Part shown: piece after piece, positions 20,303 through 32,220 of the stretch
How positions within the stretch are numbered: position 1 is the stretch's first letter
Layout of the letters: each line of letters begins with the position of its first letter
NCBI GenBank assembly: GCA_964599885.1
Contig: CAZRHH010000010.1
Location: 2,507 to 66,506 of the forward strand
Source of the DNA: an uncultured Dehalococcoidia bacterium
Lineage (GTDB): Bacteria; Chloroflexota; Dehalococcoidia; DSTF01; JACRBR01
Reading direction: 5' to 3'
DNA: 64,000 nucleotides
Program-made: the position numbers and the translations under genes
The notes under the pieces: model-generated
Told to the model about the DNA's origin: nothing
Databases searched by the model: none
Seen by the model: the letters and a program-made list of their open reading frames with translations, nothing else

Positions 20303-20659
20303 CTAGCTCTTCGCGTAGTTCGTTGCACCCTGCCAATCGATCGCGACAACCGCCTCATCACCGACAACCCACGCGTCGTGCCCGGACGGCATGACGGCGA
20401 CATCGCCCGGTCCCATCTCGAACTCCTGACCGTCGGCCATCTTCACATGCATTCGGCCGGAGATCTGGTACATGAAGTGCGGTGCTTCGCACCACTCGGT
20501 CTTGGCGATCGGCTTCACATGCTCCGACCACCGCCAGCCAGGCTCGAAGGTCGCTTTGCCGACGCTGCCGCCACCGATGTTCACCAAGTCGATGTGACCG
20601 CGATCGAACTTGCGCGTCTCGTCGGGCTTTCCCACGTTCTTGGACTCTGCTTTCGCCAT
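20303..20659 (-). CDS. Cupin domain protein
   Basis: FEPGWRWSEHVKP..CEAPH..GRMHV..PGDV..MPSGHDAWVVG; GGAGG RBS. Confidence 0.9.
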   Translation of the reverse strand: MAKAESKNVGKPDETRKFDRGHIDLVNIGGGSVGKATFEPGWRWSEHVKPIAKTEWCEAPHFMYQISGRMHVKMADGQEFEMGPGDVAVMPSGHDAWVVGDEAVVAIDWQGATNYAKS

Positions 20660-20983
20660 GGCTTCCTCCCTTAATGTATGGATCGCCGCTAGGGCGGCAG
20701 ATAGAGTGTCGATCCGTCCATAGGCACTGTCAACGAGCGGACACGATTGTGCCATCGTGTCCTGCGTCGGGCGGTCCGCTCATAGGGCGCTTCGACTCCA
20801 AGAGCCTTTCGCAGGAGGATGGATGAACCCGGCATGTTCTATAGGGCAACCCCTCATGCCGAGATCCCGCAGCAAGGGTTACGGTTTCTCAGAAGACCCC
20901 GAGCGACGGCGGCAGACTTGGCGATGAGAGCCTTCACGGAGACCGCCGCCAGTAGCGCAATCACGTGAACCGAGGAGGCTCAG

Positions 20984-21625
20984 ATGCACACGAGATCAAA
21001 ACCGAGGGCGGATGAGCCCGACGCTACTGAGGACGGCGGAATCGTCGAGAGGGAAGTGGAGACTGTTCGAACGCGGGAGCATGTCGCTGGTGCAGCCGTG
21101 GACGTCGCCCTACCAGACTCACGGGCTGCTCTCAGCGAGCGGAGGGTGGGCTATTTCGAATTGCTTCCGGAGCGACTCAGAGCCGTAGGGTTAGTCGCGC
21201 GGACCGCGATCGTAGGGCTGCTCGGCATCAGGTTCCTGCTCCTCGCATCAGGTGTCGGCACAAACAGCACATTTGGCGGGCTCATTGGGGATGTGTCGTG
21301 GTTCTTCGCGCGTCCATTCGCCAACGTCTTCAGCAACCGTTCGTTAGGCTCGGCTGTCATCGAAGCCTCTACGCTCGTGGCGATGATCGTCTATTTCTTG
21401 CTCTTCGCGCTCCTTGGCACGCTGGTCGCGGCATTGGCGCCTCGGCTGAGTCGGGTTCCGGGACGGCGCCGCGTAACGACCTTTCGGGCATCGACCGCGG
21501 TGCCCGAGTCGACTCCGCTACTGGACGGTGGCGAACGCCACCGGCCGTCACGCCCGATCGCTGCGACGGACGATGTGCGTAAGCATCGCCGGCTCTTACG
21601 CCTGGCGCGTGCACGAAAGTTGTAG
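20984..21625 (+). CDS. YggT-like membrane protein
   Basis: LLGIRFLLLASG..FARPFANVF..IEASTLVAMIVY; GAGGAGG RBS. Confidence 0.6.
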   Translation: MHTRSKPRADEPDATEDGGIVEREVETVRTREHVAGAAVDVALPDSRAALSERRVGYFELLPERLRAVGLVARTAIVGLLGIRFLLLASGVGTNSTFGGLIGDVSWFFARPFANVFSNRSLGSAVIEASTLVAMIVYFLLFALLGTLVAALAPRLSRVPGRRRVTTFRASTAVPESTPLLDGGERHRPSRPIAATDDVRKHRRLLRLARARKL

Positions 21626-21729
21626 TTCTGCTATGACGGCTCAGCAGGGCAATCTGCAGTTGCCGGCGTCATTTCCCGGAGTGGTGCACGACGCGTCCAC
21701 AGACCGCCACCACTTGGTCATGGTGTCAG

Positions 21730-22290
21730 CTATTTCGGCTGCCGCAGACGCGCGAAGTACTGGTGTGAGCATGTTCGCGAGCACACGACTGGTGCCGCCT
21801 GATAGCGCCGGCGCCGTTCTCGCTGAACGGTCCAGGGGAAGTGCTCCTTGCATATGATGCAGGTCGCTTCGCCAAGCACGCGGGCATGGTGACGCCGCTG
21901 GCGCTCCGCGCGTCGTTCGCGAAGCTCGTCCGGACTCGAAGCCCGATGTGTCGGCAATCCAAGGTCCCGGCACAGGCGTACGAGGACTGCCTTCGGGACA
22001 TCTGCGTCGCGAGCGATCTCGTCCCACGAAGTCCCTGACGCCCCGTAGCGATTGCGCAGCGCTTCCGGATGTGCGCGCAGGTACCTGCGAACTCGCGTGG
22101 CAAAGACGCGTTGACGCTTCGCGGTGTAGCCAGGGAGGAGTGTAAAGGCCATCTGTCGTGTCACGCCGATCGCGCGCGCGATGTCGGCCAAGGTGTAGTG
22201 TGCGTGGGGCTTGGGATGCGTCGCGAGGAACGACTGCAGACGCCCTTCAGCCGTCTCGCCGGCACGCGCTGGAAGATGCTTCCCGCCCAC
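21730..22290 (-). CDS. Tandem-HTH protein with C-terminal Zn ribbon
   Basis: TLADIARAIGVTRQ; SWDEIARDADV; CIIC...CSRTC. Confidence 0.6.
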   Translation of the reverse strand: MGGKHLPARAGETAEGRLQSFLATHPKPHAHYTLADIARAIGVTRQMAFTLLPGYTAKRQRVFATRVRRYLRAHPEALRNRYGASGTSWDEIARDADVPKAVLVRLCRDLGLPTHRASSPDELRERRAERQRRHHARVLGEATCIICKEHFPWTVQRERRRRYQAAPVVCSRTCSHQYFARLRQPK

Positions 22291-22521
22291 ACGCGCAGCC
22301 TAGCAGCCCTGTGCTGCGCGAGGAATCTCCCCACTGCCGCGGTCAACGGGTCCGCAGGCTGGCCACGCGAGGTCGCCGGTCAACGCCGCCGAGGCTAACG
22401 CCCTGCAACGGCCTAGCGGCAGGCGCACAGACACAATCAAACAATCGTGCATGGAGTCGTCGAGAGCGCGAGGCATGACTACAAAGCGCGTTGTCCTGCG
22501 CTCGAACTCAAGCATGGCAAC

Positions 22522-23259
22522 CTAACGTTTGCAATCCGCGCATCCCCGCCAACGATGAACGGTCAAGCCGTGGCGGGTCGCATCCACGACCGCAGCGTGG
22601 AACTTTTCAGGCGGGAAGCGCCTCGTCGTCTCGAATCGGATCGAGATTTCCCAGTCCGAGTGGAGGGGCATTTCGAAGGCTGGGTTGCGCCACAGACCCG
22701 ACCCGGCGGCCACCCAGTGATAACTCTCGTTTGTAAATCCCCACGCGCTCTTGTCGCCATCGTACTTCTGGGCGAGCGTCATGCTGACTTTGCGACGTGG
22801 TGGTATTTCCATGTAACGCCCGGCCTCGATGCTTCCCGGACCGGTCGGTTCTGGGGCGCCCGCCCATCGTCCGTAATACCCAAACGCCAAGATCGACCCG
22901 CCATGCGCCTGGGAATCCGGCGTGAACGGTCGAAAGCTCAGAACTGCATCAGTGGCCCACGCAGTGCTTCTTGGAAACATCGAGAGCGGCCAGCTGCCGT
23001 GATGCCTGTTATCAACCCACAGGCTGTAATAAGACAAATTCTTCTCGTACGACCCGGCTGGAGGTGGAACTAGATCGTCCCGAATTCGGATCTCCGTTGC
23101 GCCATTCGCCGCGACTCGATACGTCAAGTCTTCCCGGTATGGTTCCCCGGTTATCTTGACGTCCGGTTGTTGAACCCAAGCTCCAAGCAGAAACACTGCT
23201 CCGCCGGCCAAGAGGCTCGTCCCGAACCCAAGAGTAAAACCTACCGCGATCGCATCCAT
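22522..23259 (-). CDS. Hypothetical protein with N-terminal membrane anchor
   Basis: MDAIAVGFTLGFGTSLLAGGAVFLLGAW followed by a soluble domain; start uncertain. Confidence 0.5.
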   Translation of the reverse strand: MDAIAVGFTLGFGTSLLAGGAVFLLGAWVQQPDVKITGEPYREDLTYRVAANGATEIRIRDDLVPPPAGSYEKNLSYYSLWVDNRHHGSWPLSMFPRSTAWATDAVLSFRPFTPDSQAHGGSILAFGYYGRWAGAPEPTGPGSIEAGRYMEIPPRRKVSMTLAQKYDGDKSAWGFTNESYHWVAAGSGLWRNPAFEMPLHSDWEISIRFETTRRFPPEKFHAAVVDATRHGLTVHRWRGCADCKR

Positions 23260-23532
23260 CGAACGATTGATCCTCGAACACCTTACGGTGTGTCTCCCGC
23301 CACGTTGTCCAAATTGAAACTTCGCGGCCGATAAGAATATGTAGGCATTAGACCCAAGCACCAGCACCTCGCCATCCACAATCTTGTCATCGATGGCGCG
23401 AACAGAGTAACGGCCTAAGGCACGGCGAACTTGTCGCGCTACGATGGCACGGCCGGTTGCAGAAGGCATTGTTCGCCACCGTTCGATGGTCTGCAGTAAC
23501 CAAGCTCAGAGCACGTCAATTGGAGGTGCGGC

Positions 23533-24453
23533 ATGATCGTACAGGTGCCTAAGTCGGCTGACTTTGCCGAGGCCGGGATCTCATTGCTGAACCTGTCGTG
23601 GGACACAGTGTCCTCGCTCTATATGGAGCTCGAAAACGGAGAGGTGGAAGAGTGGGATGACGACGGAACGGTGACGGACGAGTTCTGGGCTGCCGCTCAG
23701 CGACCGCTAGCTAACGCCGTCACGCTCGTGCTGCAGGGAGCGGAGTTCCTGCTCAAAGGCCGAATCGCCGAGGTCAGCCCCTACCTACTGTTGCTTGGAC
23801 CACCTCGTGAATGGCCGGGAGGCTGTGCGGAACAGGACACGCCTTTCGCGGCGTTTCGAACCATCGACGCGCAGGATCTGACGCGAGTGCACGACTCGGT
23901 GCGCACCGACCGACTCGACCGAGCATTTCGAGGGCGCATCGATGAGATGCGAACACTGCGAAACTCGATAATGCATAGTGTAGATAAGCAGACCAGACAC
24001 GCACCGTCTGAACTCTGGACCCGCATCCTGGACATCTATCACTTCCTCGTGGGGCCGTCGCCATGGATGACCGCACGGCGCGAGTATCTGATTGTGGCAC
24101 CATCTGCCGTTGCCTACGGCGATGAGCACATCTCTTGGCAAGTCACACGGGAGGCGTTGAAGCTGTTGGAATTGCTGGAACCTGCCGCGGTCCGACTGTA
24201 CCTCGGCGTTGAGAAGAAAAAGCGGTTCCACACATGCCGGCACTGTCAAGACAAGGGCGGGGACTACGACGATATGGACCCAGAGACCGCGCAGTTGAGA
24301 CCCGCCAACTCGACGGCGACAAAAATTTACTGTTTCGTCTGCGGCCAGGAGGACGAAGTCTTACGAGTTAGTTGCTCTGAGACAGGTTGTCGGGGGAGAA
24401 TCATCCTGGCGGCCACTGGAATCTGCGTTGAATGTGGTGAGAGGCAGCAGTGA
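23533..24453 (+). CDS. HEPN-like protein with C-terminal Zn ribbons
   Basis: EFLLKGRIAEVSPYLL; RNSIMH (RX4H); CRHC, CFVC, C-x4-C, CVEC; GGAGG RBS. Confidence 0.65.
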   Translation: MIVQVPKSADFAEAGISLLNLSWDTVSSLYMELENGEVEEWDDDGTVTDEFWAAAQRPLANAVTLVLQGAEFLLKGRIAEVSPYLLLLGPPREWPGGCAEQDTPFAAFRTIDAQDLTRVHDSVRTDRLDRAFRGRIDEMRTLRNSIMHSVDKQTRHAPSELWTRILDIYHFLVGPSPWMTARREYLIVAPSAVAYGDEHISWQVTREALKLLELLEPAAVRLYLGVEKKKRFHTCRHCQDKGGDYDDMDPETAQLRPANSTATKIYCFVCGQEDEVLRVSCSETGCRGRIILAATGICVECGERQQ

Positions 24454-24499
24454 CGATGTTGTCATCGTGTCGCTGCTTCACCGCTTCGCCCTTGGCCAT

Positions 24500-27400
24500 T
24501 CATCGCGCCCAATCGTCCGCTACTAGTTCGGCCTGTTGCAGCACCAGTTGCACGGCAGCGTCCGCGAAGTCGGGTGGGTAACCAAACTTGTTCAGGACTC
24601 GCTTTACGTCTCGACGCAGGCGCGCCCGTACGCTCTCTTTCGTCGTCCAGTCAACGGTGACGGCGGCTCGAATCGCTTTCACGACCTCCACCGCGATGAC
24701 CTTCAGTTTGTCATCACCCAACACTTCGTACGCGCTCTCGTTCTCGGCCAGTGCGTCGTAGAATGCCACCTCGTCATCAGTCAGACCGAGTTCCTCTCCG
24801 CGTTCCTCGGCCTGTTTGATTTCCTTCGCAATTTGGATGAGTTCTTCGATGACCTGTGCGGCCTCGATGCTCCGCGCCTGATAGCGCCGTAGCGTTTGTT
24901 CTAACATCTCGGAAAAGGTGCGAGCCTTTACGACGTTCTTCTTCGAAGTCTTCTTGATGGTGTCGTCGAGCAGACGCTGAAGAAGTTCGACCGCAAGATT
25001 TCGCTGCGGTAAATCGCGCACCTCGGCGAGGAACTCGTCCGAGAGGATAGAGATGTCGGGCTTGTCGAGTCCGGCGACCTTGAAAATGTCTACGACTTCG
25101 TCACTGACGAGTGCCTTGGAGACAATCTGTCTGATGGCGTGGTCGAGTTGCGCTGGCGACTGGCCGCTCCCATTTGTCCGCTTCGCGAGCGCCGCTCGCA
25201 CGGACTGAAAGAAGCCGACATCATCGCGTATCGCAATTGCGGCGTCGTGAGGGACGGCTAGTGCGAACGCTGCCGACAACTTCGAGACGCCATCGAGCAA
25301 CCGAGCCTTGCCGTCCTCCTGCGTGAGGATGTGTTCGATTGCGCGAGCGATGACCGTGAGCCGTTCTGTCTCCGCCGTTGTCGCATGGTACGGCTGCCAG
25401 TCGAACCCGTGGAACATGCCGCACACGATTTCATACTTACCTTGCATGGCCTTCGCGGCCTCATCCTGATTGATGGCCGTTTCGCCCTTGCCGCCACTCT
25501 GGGTGTAGGTCGCAAGTGCGGTACGGAGTTCGTTCGCGAGGCCGAGATAATCGACGACGAGTCCACCGGGCTTGTCACGGAAGACGCGGTTCACTCTGGC
25601 GATGGCCTGCATCAACGAGTGCCCGTGCATCGGCTTATCAATGTACATGGTGTGCAGCGGCGGCACGTCGAATCCGGTAAGCCACATGTCGCGCACGATG
25701 ACTACCTTCAACGGGTCTTCGGGATTCTTGAACCGCTTGGCGATGCGCTCACGAGCGTCCTTTGTACGGACATGTTGCTGCCACTCTGTTGGGTCGTCTG
25801 TCGAGCCGGTCATCACGACCTTCAGTTCGCCGGTAGCGTCGTCGGTGCTACCCCATTGAGGACGGAGCTTCACCAACTCCCCATACATGGCAACCGCAAT
25901 GGTGCGGCTCATACATACAATCATCGCCTTACCTTCGAGAGCGCCCTGCCGAGCCTCGAAGTGGTCTACGAGGTCAGCGGCAATGAGGGCGAGGCGCTTC
26001 TCCGTGCCAGCGATGGCTTCAAGTGCTGCCCACTTCGACATGAGCTTATTCTTGTGCTGCGGCTCCTCACCCTCGGTGACCTCGTCGAACTCAGCATCGA
26101 GGGTCGGCTTCTCTTCTTCGTTGAGTTCGAGCTTTGCTAGGCGAGACTCGTAGTAGATGCGCACGGTTGCGCCGTCTTCGACCGCTTGCCGGATGTCGTA
26201 GATGGAGATGTAGTCGCCGAACACCGCCTTCGTGTTCGCGTCTGTCAGTTCGATAGGTGTGCCGGTGAATCCGATGAACGCGGCGTTCGGAAGCGCATCA
26301 CGAATGTGCTTTGCGAAGCCGTCGACGAAGTCGTACTGGCTGCGGTGCGCCTCGTCGGCAATCACGATGATGTTGTGCCTGTCGGAAAGCAGCGGATGCG
26401 TGCCCTCCGCCTCGAAGAACTTCTGAATCGTCGTGAAGATAACACCGCCCGACGCCACCGAAAGGCGCTGCCTCATATCCTCGCGGCTCTCAGCCTGTAC
26501 CGGCGTCTGTCGCACGAGTTCACGGCACATGGAGAACACGCCGAATAGTTGGTCATCGAGGTCGTTACGGTCGGTTAGTATGACGATTGTTGGATTCTCC
26601 ATCGTAGGTTCGAGAATCAGTCGTCCCGCGTAGAACACCATCGTGAGCGACTTGCCCGACCCCTGCGTGTGCCAAACAACGCCGATGCGTCCGTCGCCAT
26701 CCTCCGCCGCTGCGGTGAGCGTTGCGTCTACCGCTTGTTGCACCGCGTGGAACTGGTGATAGGCGGCAATCTTCTTCAGCACTTGTTCGCCGCTGTCCTC
26801 GAACACGATGAAGTGACGGAGGAACGCGAGGAGCCGATGCTTATCGAACAGCCCCTGCACCAGCACTTGTAGTTGAGGCAATCCGGCAGGAGCGAGTTCC
26901 TCTCCGCGAATGGTCTTCCACGGCACAAATCGTTCGCTATCCGACGTGAGAGAGCCGACACGCGCCTCCAACCCATCGGAGATGACGAGAAGTTCGTTCG
27001 GCACGAAGAGTGCGGGTATCTGCTCCTTGTAGTTCTGCAACTTCCTAAACGCTGTCCAGATGTCCGCGCCTTCGTCGGCGACGTTCTTCAGTTCGATGAC
27101 GCCGACTGGCATCCCGTTGATGAACACGACGACATCCGGGCGACGTGTGAACTCACCGTCGATGACCGTGAACTGATTGACCACTAGCCAGTCGTTGTTG
27201 TCGGGGTCGTTGAAGTCGATGAGCTTCGCAGCGGCGCCGACGATGTGTCCGTCGTCATCGGCCGCGTACTCTACTTCTACGCCGTCTACAAGGCGGCGAT
27301 GGAAGGTGCGGTTGTCGAGAACAAGAGATGGCGTCTCGCGGCGAAGCAGCTTGCGGACGGCTTCGTCTTGTGCGCTGAAGGGGATGTCGGGATTGAGTCT

Positions 27401-27574
27401 CGACACCGCCTCGCGCAACCGGCGTTCGAGGAACACGTCACCGTAAGAGTCACGCTCCGGCGCAGGTTCACCGGGCGAAAGGTCTAGCGGCGGGAGAACG
27501 GTATAGCCGAGTCCCTCGAACCAAGCGAGAGTTGCTTGTTCCACTGCTGACTCTGTGAACCGCCCGGTCTTCAC
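24500..27574 (-). CDS. hsdR: Type I restriction endonuclease subunit R
   Basis: [20 protein letters not shown]; HTQGSGKS; DEAHRSQY; FTGTP; MWLTGFD; QAIARVNR. Confidence 0.97.
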   Translation of the reverse strand: MKTGRFTESAVEQATLAWFEGLGYTVLPPLDLSPGEPAPERDSYGDVFLERRLREAVSRLNPDIPFSAQDEAVRKLLRRETPSLVLDNRTFHRRLVDGVEVEYAADDDGHIVGAAAKLIDFNDPDNNDWLVVNQFTVIDGEFTRRPDVVVFINGMPVGVIELKNVADEGADIWTAFRKLQNYKEQIPALFVPNELLVISDGLEARVGSLTSDSERFVPWKTIRGEELAPAGLPQLQVLVQGLFDKHRLLAFLRHFIVFEDSGEQVLKKIAAYHQFHAVQQAVDATLTAAAEDGDGRIGVVWHTQGSGKSLTMVFYAGRLILEPTMENPTIVILTDRNDLDDQLFGVFSMCRELVRQTPVQAESREDMRQRLSVASGGVIFTTIQKFFEAEGTHPLLSDRHNIIVIADEAHRSQYDFVDGFAKHIRDALPNAAFIGFTGTPIELTDANTKAVFGDYISIYDIRQAVEDGATVRIYYESRLAKLELNEEEKPTLDAEFDEVTEGEEPQHKNKLMSKWAALEAIAGTEKRLALIAADLVDHFEARQGALEGKAMIVCMSRTIAVAMYGELVKLRPQWGSTDDATGELKVVMTGSTDDPTEWQQHVRTKDARERIAKRFKNPEDPLKVVIVRDMWLTGFDVPPLHTMYIDKPMHGHSLMQAIARVNRVFRDKPGGLVVDYLGLANELRTALATYTQSGGKGETAINQDEAAKAMQGKYEIVCGMFHGFDWQPYHATTAETERLTVIARAIEHILTQEDGKARLLDGVSKLSAAFALAVPHDAAIAIRDDVGFFQSVRAALAKRTNGSGQSPAQLDHAIRQIVSKALVSDEVVDIFKVAGLDKPDISILSDEFLAEVRDLPQRNLAVELLQRLLDDTIKKTSKKNVVKARTFSEMLEQTLRRYQARSIEAAQVIEELIQIAKEIKQAEERGEELGLTDDEVAFYDALAENESAYEVLGDDKLKVIAVEVVKAIRAAVTVDWTTKESVRARLRRDVKRVLNKFGYPPDFADAAVQLVLQQAELVADDWAR

Positions 27575-28341
27575 TCTGCGACCTCCGGCTCCGCCACCGC
27601 TTCAGCAACGTCCGGCTCCTTCACCACTTCACCGGCCTCCGGAGAATCGCCCACAGCGGCGGCGTCATCACCACTGAAGGTTTGGAGAACGTCGAGGTAA
27701 GCCTCGGTATCCACCTTGAACAACACTTCGCTCGCCGGGTACGCCCCGTCGAAGATTCGAACAAGGTCGTGGGCGTCGTCGATGTATTCGTTGAGAGGAG
27801 GATTGTCGTCGTACGCGACAGGCCGGGTGCGTGGCGGCAAGTACGCGAAGTGCGCCCCAAATAGGTAGCTGACGAACGTATCGGCTGCACGAGCAACGAG
27901 GAGCGCCTGTAAAGCGTCAAAGCTGCCATCGCCCTTGTCCCGACCGTGCGCGGCGAAGCCGTGTGCCTTTCGTAACTCGCAAACGCCTTGGACGACAGTG
28001 TGAAGTCCGCCGAGAGTCTTTCGTAGACTCGCGGCGGCGGAGTCATCTTCGGCAACCTCATCCGGCACCAACCTAAGCCGGTTCGTCGTCTCTTTGAAGA
28101 GCGTTCCAAGCTCCCACGTTTTTTCGTACTGCCATCCGCGCTCCGTGAGAATCGTTCGACACGCGCTCTCCATAATGGTGCGGGAAAGGTCGAATGCATA
28201 CTCAGGCTGTTCAGACACGGCTTTCTCAATCGCGAGTACATGTTGCGTGATGTGTGTAACTCCCCGGTCGATGACCTCGCGAGAGCCGCTCATCGTGAAC
28301 TCTCCATTGGACAAAGCACCTAGGCTGTTATCGCTCACCAA
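27571..28341 (-). CDS. Abortive-infection family (Abi_C, HEPN-like) protein
   Basis: [13 protein letters not shown] ... [13 protein letters not shown] ... ALLVARAA; lies between hsdS and hsdR; alternative ATG at 28293. Confidence 0.75.
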   Translation of the reverse strand: MVSDNSLGALSNGEFTMSGSREVIDRGVTHITQHVLAIEKAVSEQPEYAFDLSRTIMESACRTILTERGWQYEKTWELGTLFKETTNRLRLVPDEVAEDDSAAASLRKTLGGLHTVVQGVCELRKAHGFAAHGRDKGDGSFDALQALLVARAADTFVSYLFGAHFAYLPPRTRPVAYDDNPPLNEYIDDAHDLVRIFDGAYPASEVLFKVDTEAYLDVLQTFSGDDAAAVGDSPEAGEVVKEPDVAEAVAEPEVAE

Positions 28342-28342
28342 C

Positions 28343-29686
28343 TCAGTTCACCTGTGGTTCGGGCGCGACCCGTACTTCGCCTGACAATAACTTCGGGAGC
28401 AGCGCGTCACGCAGGGTGGTGAGCGTCTGAGACTCCCGGATGTTGGCGACCAGACGCCGGTATAACGGCTCCACTTGCTCCACGTACCAACCGAGGACTT
28501 CGCCAGATGGGACGACGCATGGGATGGGACGAAATCCGGCTTTCGAGACTTCAAGGAACGTTGTGCCGTTCGCTCGCGCCTTGATGCCCTCCATATTCGC
28601 GGCACACCATCGCAACACGAAGTGATTTGGAAGGTCGCGGTCGCAGACCATAGCGATGAACCCTTGGTTCACCGACACCGGAACTTCGGCGATAGCGAGG
28701 TAGCCGATGGGCGCACGCGATGACAACAGAACGGTTCCCGGCGGCAACAGTCCTGAACTGATTTGGGCAAGTCCATCCTGCGTGATGTGACGTTCGGTAT
28801 CGAGTAGCGCAGGATGTTCCAGCCGCGACAAATCCTTCGGGGTAGCGAAGCACACATCTCCGTTCCAAAACGACTCTTCGGCGGTGCGAGGCGTGCTGCC
28901 GCCTACCACTCGCGTAACATCGCCGATGGGCGCGACTCGCCACCCTCGCGGAATCTCGCCGAGTTCGCTTGCCTCAAACTCATTCGGGAACAACGCGGCA
29001 GTCGCGGCATCCATACCCCACGGCTCCTCACCGCTCGCCCTTGCTCGCACGGGGTCAAAGTCCTCGAACCACGACTTGAAGAGGGCGCGTGCCAAAGCTT
29101 CCAGCGCCTCGTCGGTGCGCCGGTTCAGGTGAATCTTGTCATCGAGGGCATTCAGCATCGACGCTATCTCGCGTTGCTCGTCCAGCGATGGCACGACCAC
29201 CGGCAATGCTGACAGCGTCCCCGTGTTGAGGTTGGGCATAGTCGCACCGATTGCGTGACGCACAATCCATGACCTAGTGGCGGGATGAGCCAGATAGTAG
29301 GACAAATAGGTCGATTCAAGGCGACCGACGCCTGGGCGAACTCTTAGACATCCCGTTCCACAAAGCCAGCCATCTTCCTGCTGGCGAATCAACGCTCGCC
29401 TCTCAACATCTCCTCGTCGGCTGTAGATGATGTCGCCCTCTCGAACGAGATAGCGCGACAGGCGTTGGGCGTCTTCAGGTGTGATGCGAGCGATGCCCTC
29501 CGGGTTCACCCGGTTTTCGCCGATGTTTTGCGGCATGATTGATGGCACGCCGACAGGAACGTAGTCGGCCGCGTGAAGCTGGCTCCCAAAGGGCCCTGTC
29601 TGGATGTCTCCTCCGCCGCCTCGGCAAAGCTCTCCGAGAGGCACGACATCCCATTCACGCCGCAACTCGAATAGTGATTCAGTCAC
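28343..29686 (-). CDS. hsdS: Type I RM specificity subunit S
   Basis: [13 protein letters not shown]; [15 protein letters not shown]; EIPRGW; [13 protein letters not shown]. Confidence 0.96.
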   Translation of the reverse strand: MTESLFELRREWDVVPLGELCRGGGGDIQTGPFGSQLHAADYVPVGVPSIMPQNIGENRVNPEGIARITPEDAQRLSRYLVREGDIIYSRRGDVERRALIRQQEDGWLCGTGCLRVRPGVGRLESTYLSYYLAHPATRSWIVRHAIGATMPNLNTGTLSALPVVVPSLDEQREIASMLNALDDKIHLNRRTDEALEALARALFKSWFEDFDPVRARASGEEPWGMDAATAALFPNEFEASELGEIPRGWRVAPIGDVTRVVGGSTPRTAEESFWNGDVCFATPKDLSRLEHPALLDTERHITQDGLAQISSGLLPPGTVLLSSRAPIGYLAIAEVPVSVNQGFIAMVCDRDLPNHFVLRWCAANMEGIKARANGTTFLEVSKAGFRPIPCVVPSGEVLGWYVEQVEPLYRRLVANIRESQTLTTLRDALLPKLLSGEVRVAPEPQVN

Positions 29687-31268
29687 CGGTCACGCTCGCT
29701 AGGCTTGTTCTGATGACTTGTTCCAGTTCGTCGCCCTCGGCAAAGAGTTCGTCCAGCCGCGCAGTCAGCCGCTGCATCTTCTCTTCGAACGGTTCCGCAT
29801 CATCCTCGATGTCCTCCGCACCGACGTACCGTCCGGGTGTCAGTGCATAGGTGTGCGCCGCAATGTCATCGGTTGTCGCTGCCTTGCAGTAACCGGGAAC
29901 GTCGGTATATTTCCTCACTTCATCCTTGTCCTCGCGCCATGCGTGATACGTATCGGACACGCGCTTGATGTCGTCATCGCTCAACTCGCGATGTGTCCGG
30001 TCGCTCATGTGGCCGAGCTTTCGAGCGTCGATGAAGAGTGTCTGTCGTCGCCGGTCGCGGAACGAGCCGTTGCGCTTGTCGCGAGCGAGGAACCACAAAC
30101 ACACGGGAATCTGGGTGTTGTCGAACAATTGCGATGGCAGCGCAACGATGCAGTCCACGAGGTCTGCTTCGACGATGCTTTGGCGGATGACACCCTCATT
30201 CGAGGTATTCGACGACATTGAGCCGTTCGCCATGACGAACCCTGCCGTGCCTGTGGGTGAGAGATGGTGGATGAAGTGCTGTATCCACGCGAAGTTCGCG
30301 TTGCCGACCGGTGGCGTGCCGTATTTCCAGCGCACGTCGTCGCGCAGCGTGTTGCCACCCCAGTCCGACATGTTGAACGGCGGATTCGCGAGGACGAAGT
30401 CGGCCTTCAAGTCTTTGTGCCGGTCGTTATGAAACGTGTCGCCCTGCTCGATGTGGCCTTCGATGCCACGGATAGCAAGGTTCATCACGCACATCTTGTA
30501 GGTGTTGTCGTTCATCTCCTGTCCATAGAACGCAACGTGTCCGCGTCTACCACCGTGGGTTTCGATGAACTGCTCGCTCTGCACAAACATGCCGCCCGAA
30601 CCGCAGCACGGGTCGTAGATACGTGCGCTGTCGTGCGGGGCGAGCATCGACACGAGCAGACGGACAACGTGTCGCGGCGTGTAGAACTCGCCACCCTTCT
30701 TTCCTTCGGCGGCGGCGAACTGCCGCAGGAAGTACTGGTACACGTAGCCGAGTACATCTTTGGAGCGATTGTCTTCCGCGCCAAGCCCGATGGTGCCGAT
30801 GAGGTCGATGAGTTCGCCGAGTCGGCGCTTGTCGAGCGCCTCGCGGCCGAACTGCTTGAAAAGCTTGCCGCGCAATCGTTGGTTGTCGCGTTCGATGAGC
30901 GTCATCGCATCGTCGAGCGCCTTACCAATCTCAGGGAGTTTCGCCTTTGCTTGGAGTGTAGACCATCGTGCATCCGGGGGTATCCAGAACACGTTGTCGG
31001 CGAGGTACTCGTCGCGGTCCTCCGGGTTCGCATCGGGGTCTGCGGCTACCTCGGCGTGTTTCTCCGCGAAGGCGTCACCGATGTATTTGAGGAACACGAG
31101 GCCAAGGACGACGTGCTTGTACTCGGACGAGTCGAGGTTGCCGCGCAGCTTGTCGGCGGCTTGCCAGAGGGTGGCTTCGAACTCGCCGTTCGTACCGTTG
31201 CCCCCGTTGCGTGTGGCCGGTCGGGGAGGGTTCCCCCTGTCACCTAATGATGTCACGTCGTCCTCCAT
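29679..31268 (-). CDS. hsdM: Type I RM methyltransferase subunit M
   Basis: [10 protein letters not shown]; GEFYTP; [11 protein letters not shown]; ANPPFN. Confidence 0.97.
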   Translation of the reverse strand: MEDDVTSLGDRGNPPRPATRNGGNGTNGEFEATLWQAADKLRGNLDSSEYKHVVLGLVFLKYIGDAFAEKHAEVAADPDANPEDRDEYLADNVFWIPPDARWSTLQAKAKLPEIGKALDDAMTLIERDNQRLRGKLFKQFGREALDKRRLGELIDLIGTIGLGAEDNRSKDVLGYVYQYFLRQFAAAEGKKGGEFYTPRHVVRLLVSMLAPHDSARIYDPCCGSGGMFVQSEQFIETHGGRRGHVAFYGQEMNDNTYKMCVMNLAIRGIEGHIEQGDTFHNDRHKDLKADFVLANPPFNMSDWGGNTLRDDVRWKYGTPPVGNANFAWIQHFIHHLSPTGTAGFVMANGSMSSNTSNEGVIRQSIVEADLVDCIVALPSQLFDNTQIPVCLWFLARDKRNGSFRDRRRQTLFIDARKLGHMSDRTHRELSDDDIKRVSDTYHAWREDKDEVRKYTDVPGYCKAATTDDIAAHTYALTPGRYVGAEDIEDDAEPFEEKMQRLTARLDELFAEGDELEQVIRTSLASVTGD

Positions 31269-31348
31269 ACTCCTGGTGAAACGAGTTTACACTCGCGGTT
31301 GACGATGTTCGCTTGACTTCGTGCGACACGACGCCAATATCGTGTCCG

Positions 31349-32149
31349 TTAGGACAGTCTTATTGTTTCGACCTCGCCTGGCTCGCCCAAAGCCTCCATT
31401 GAGATGCCGAATGCGACGAACGACGGCAGAGCGGCGAGTTCGACGTAGGCGCTGACGCCGGGAGACACGCGATCGCCGCTCCCAAACCATGACACCTGTT
31501 CTCCGTTGAATTCGCCAGTGCTCTCGACTGCGGTCGTCTTCGTTGCCGAAATGCCACCGCCACCAGCAGGTCCGTGTCCCCAATTCACCACTTCGGCATC
31601 CGCGGGGACAATAAAGCGCCAGTACAGAGCCTCCCCGAAACGCGGCCTCACTTCGACGGTCACGCCATTTCGTGCGGTGTAACTGACATTCCACACGTAC
31701 TGGGTCGCCGCAGTAGCGGGGAGGTCTGGCGCCCGGTGTTCAATCGCAGATCGGACTTCTTCACACCAGTTAGGATTCGCCATACTGATGCAAAGCCGTA
31801 CCCTCAGGGCCGGGGGCACATCCTCAATTGCAATATCGTGAAGCAGTCCGATGAGAGGAAAATCCGTCCCTCGGTCGCTTAAGGCGCGATGAAGGGCATA
31901 CGCAAGCTCTTCCCTACATGCTTCGCTTTCGACAGAGTTTGCGGTTAGCAAATACGCCCAACCGGCATAATCGCCTTCGATGATCTGCTTCGCGATTTGT
32001 TCCCATAGACGCTGCCCGCGGTGCAACGCGACCTTGTCGTACTTCGCGCGCACTCCGCAATTCGCGAGTTGCTGCACGAGATACTCGAAATCTCCCTCGT
32101 CATCGTCAACCCATGCGTAAGTGACCCAAACCTCAGGTGGACTCTGCAT
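31349..32149 (-). CDS. TIR-domain protein with unknown beta-rich C-terminal domain
   Basis: VWVTYAWVD; LLTANSVESEACREEL (position of the TIR catalytic Glu); VPPALR. Confidence 0.8.
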   Translation of the reverse strand: MQSPPEVWVTYAWVDDDEGDFEYLVQQLANCGVRAKYDKVALHRGQRLWEQIAKQIIEGDYAGWAYLLTANSVESEACREELAYALHRALSDRGTDFPLIGLLHDIAIEDVPPALRVRLCISMANPNWCEEVRSAIEHRAPDLPATAATQYVWNVSYTARNGVTVEVRPRFGEALYWRFIVPADAEVVNWGHGPAGGGGISATKTTAVESTGEFNGEQVSWFGSGDRVSPGVSAYVELAALPSFVAFGISMEALGEPGEVETIRLS

Positions 32150-32220
32150 ATCGGCTCCCTTCTACTTGATAGTGTCGCGCAAAGAGGCAATATGGTGCGA
32201 CCCGAAGGAGGGGTCGCGCC

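Noticed and set aside
20795-20840. SAM-I riboswitch (CCAAGAG...GATGAACCCGGCA resemblance)
   Set aside because: Lacks the GAGGGA-CTGG-CCC kink-turn/pseudoknot block and the GCAACC and GGTGC elements.
31349-32149. Thoeris or CBASS system
   Set aside because: No ThsA (SIR2/Macro/SLOG) or CD-NTase partner in the window; only a lone TIR.
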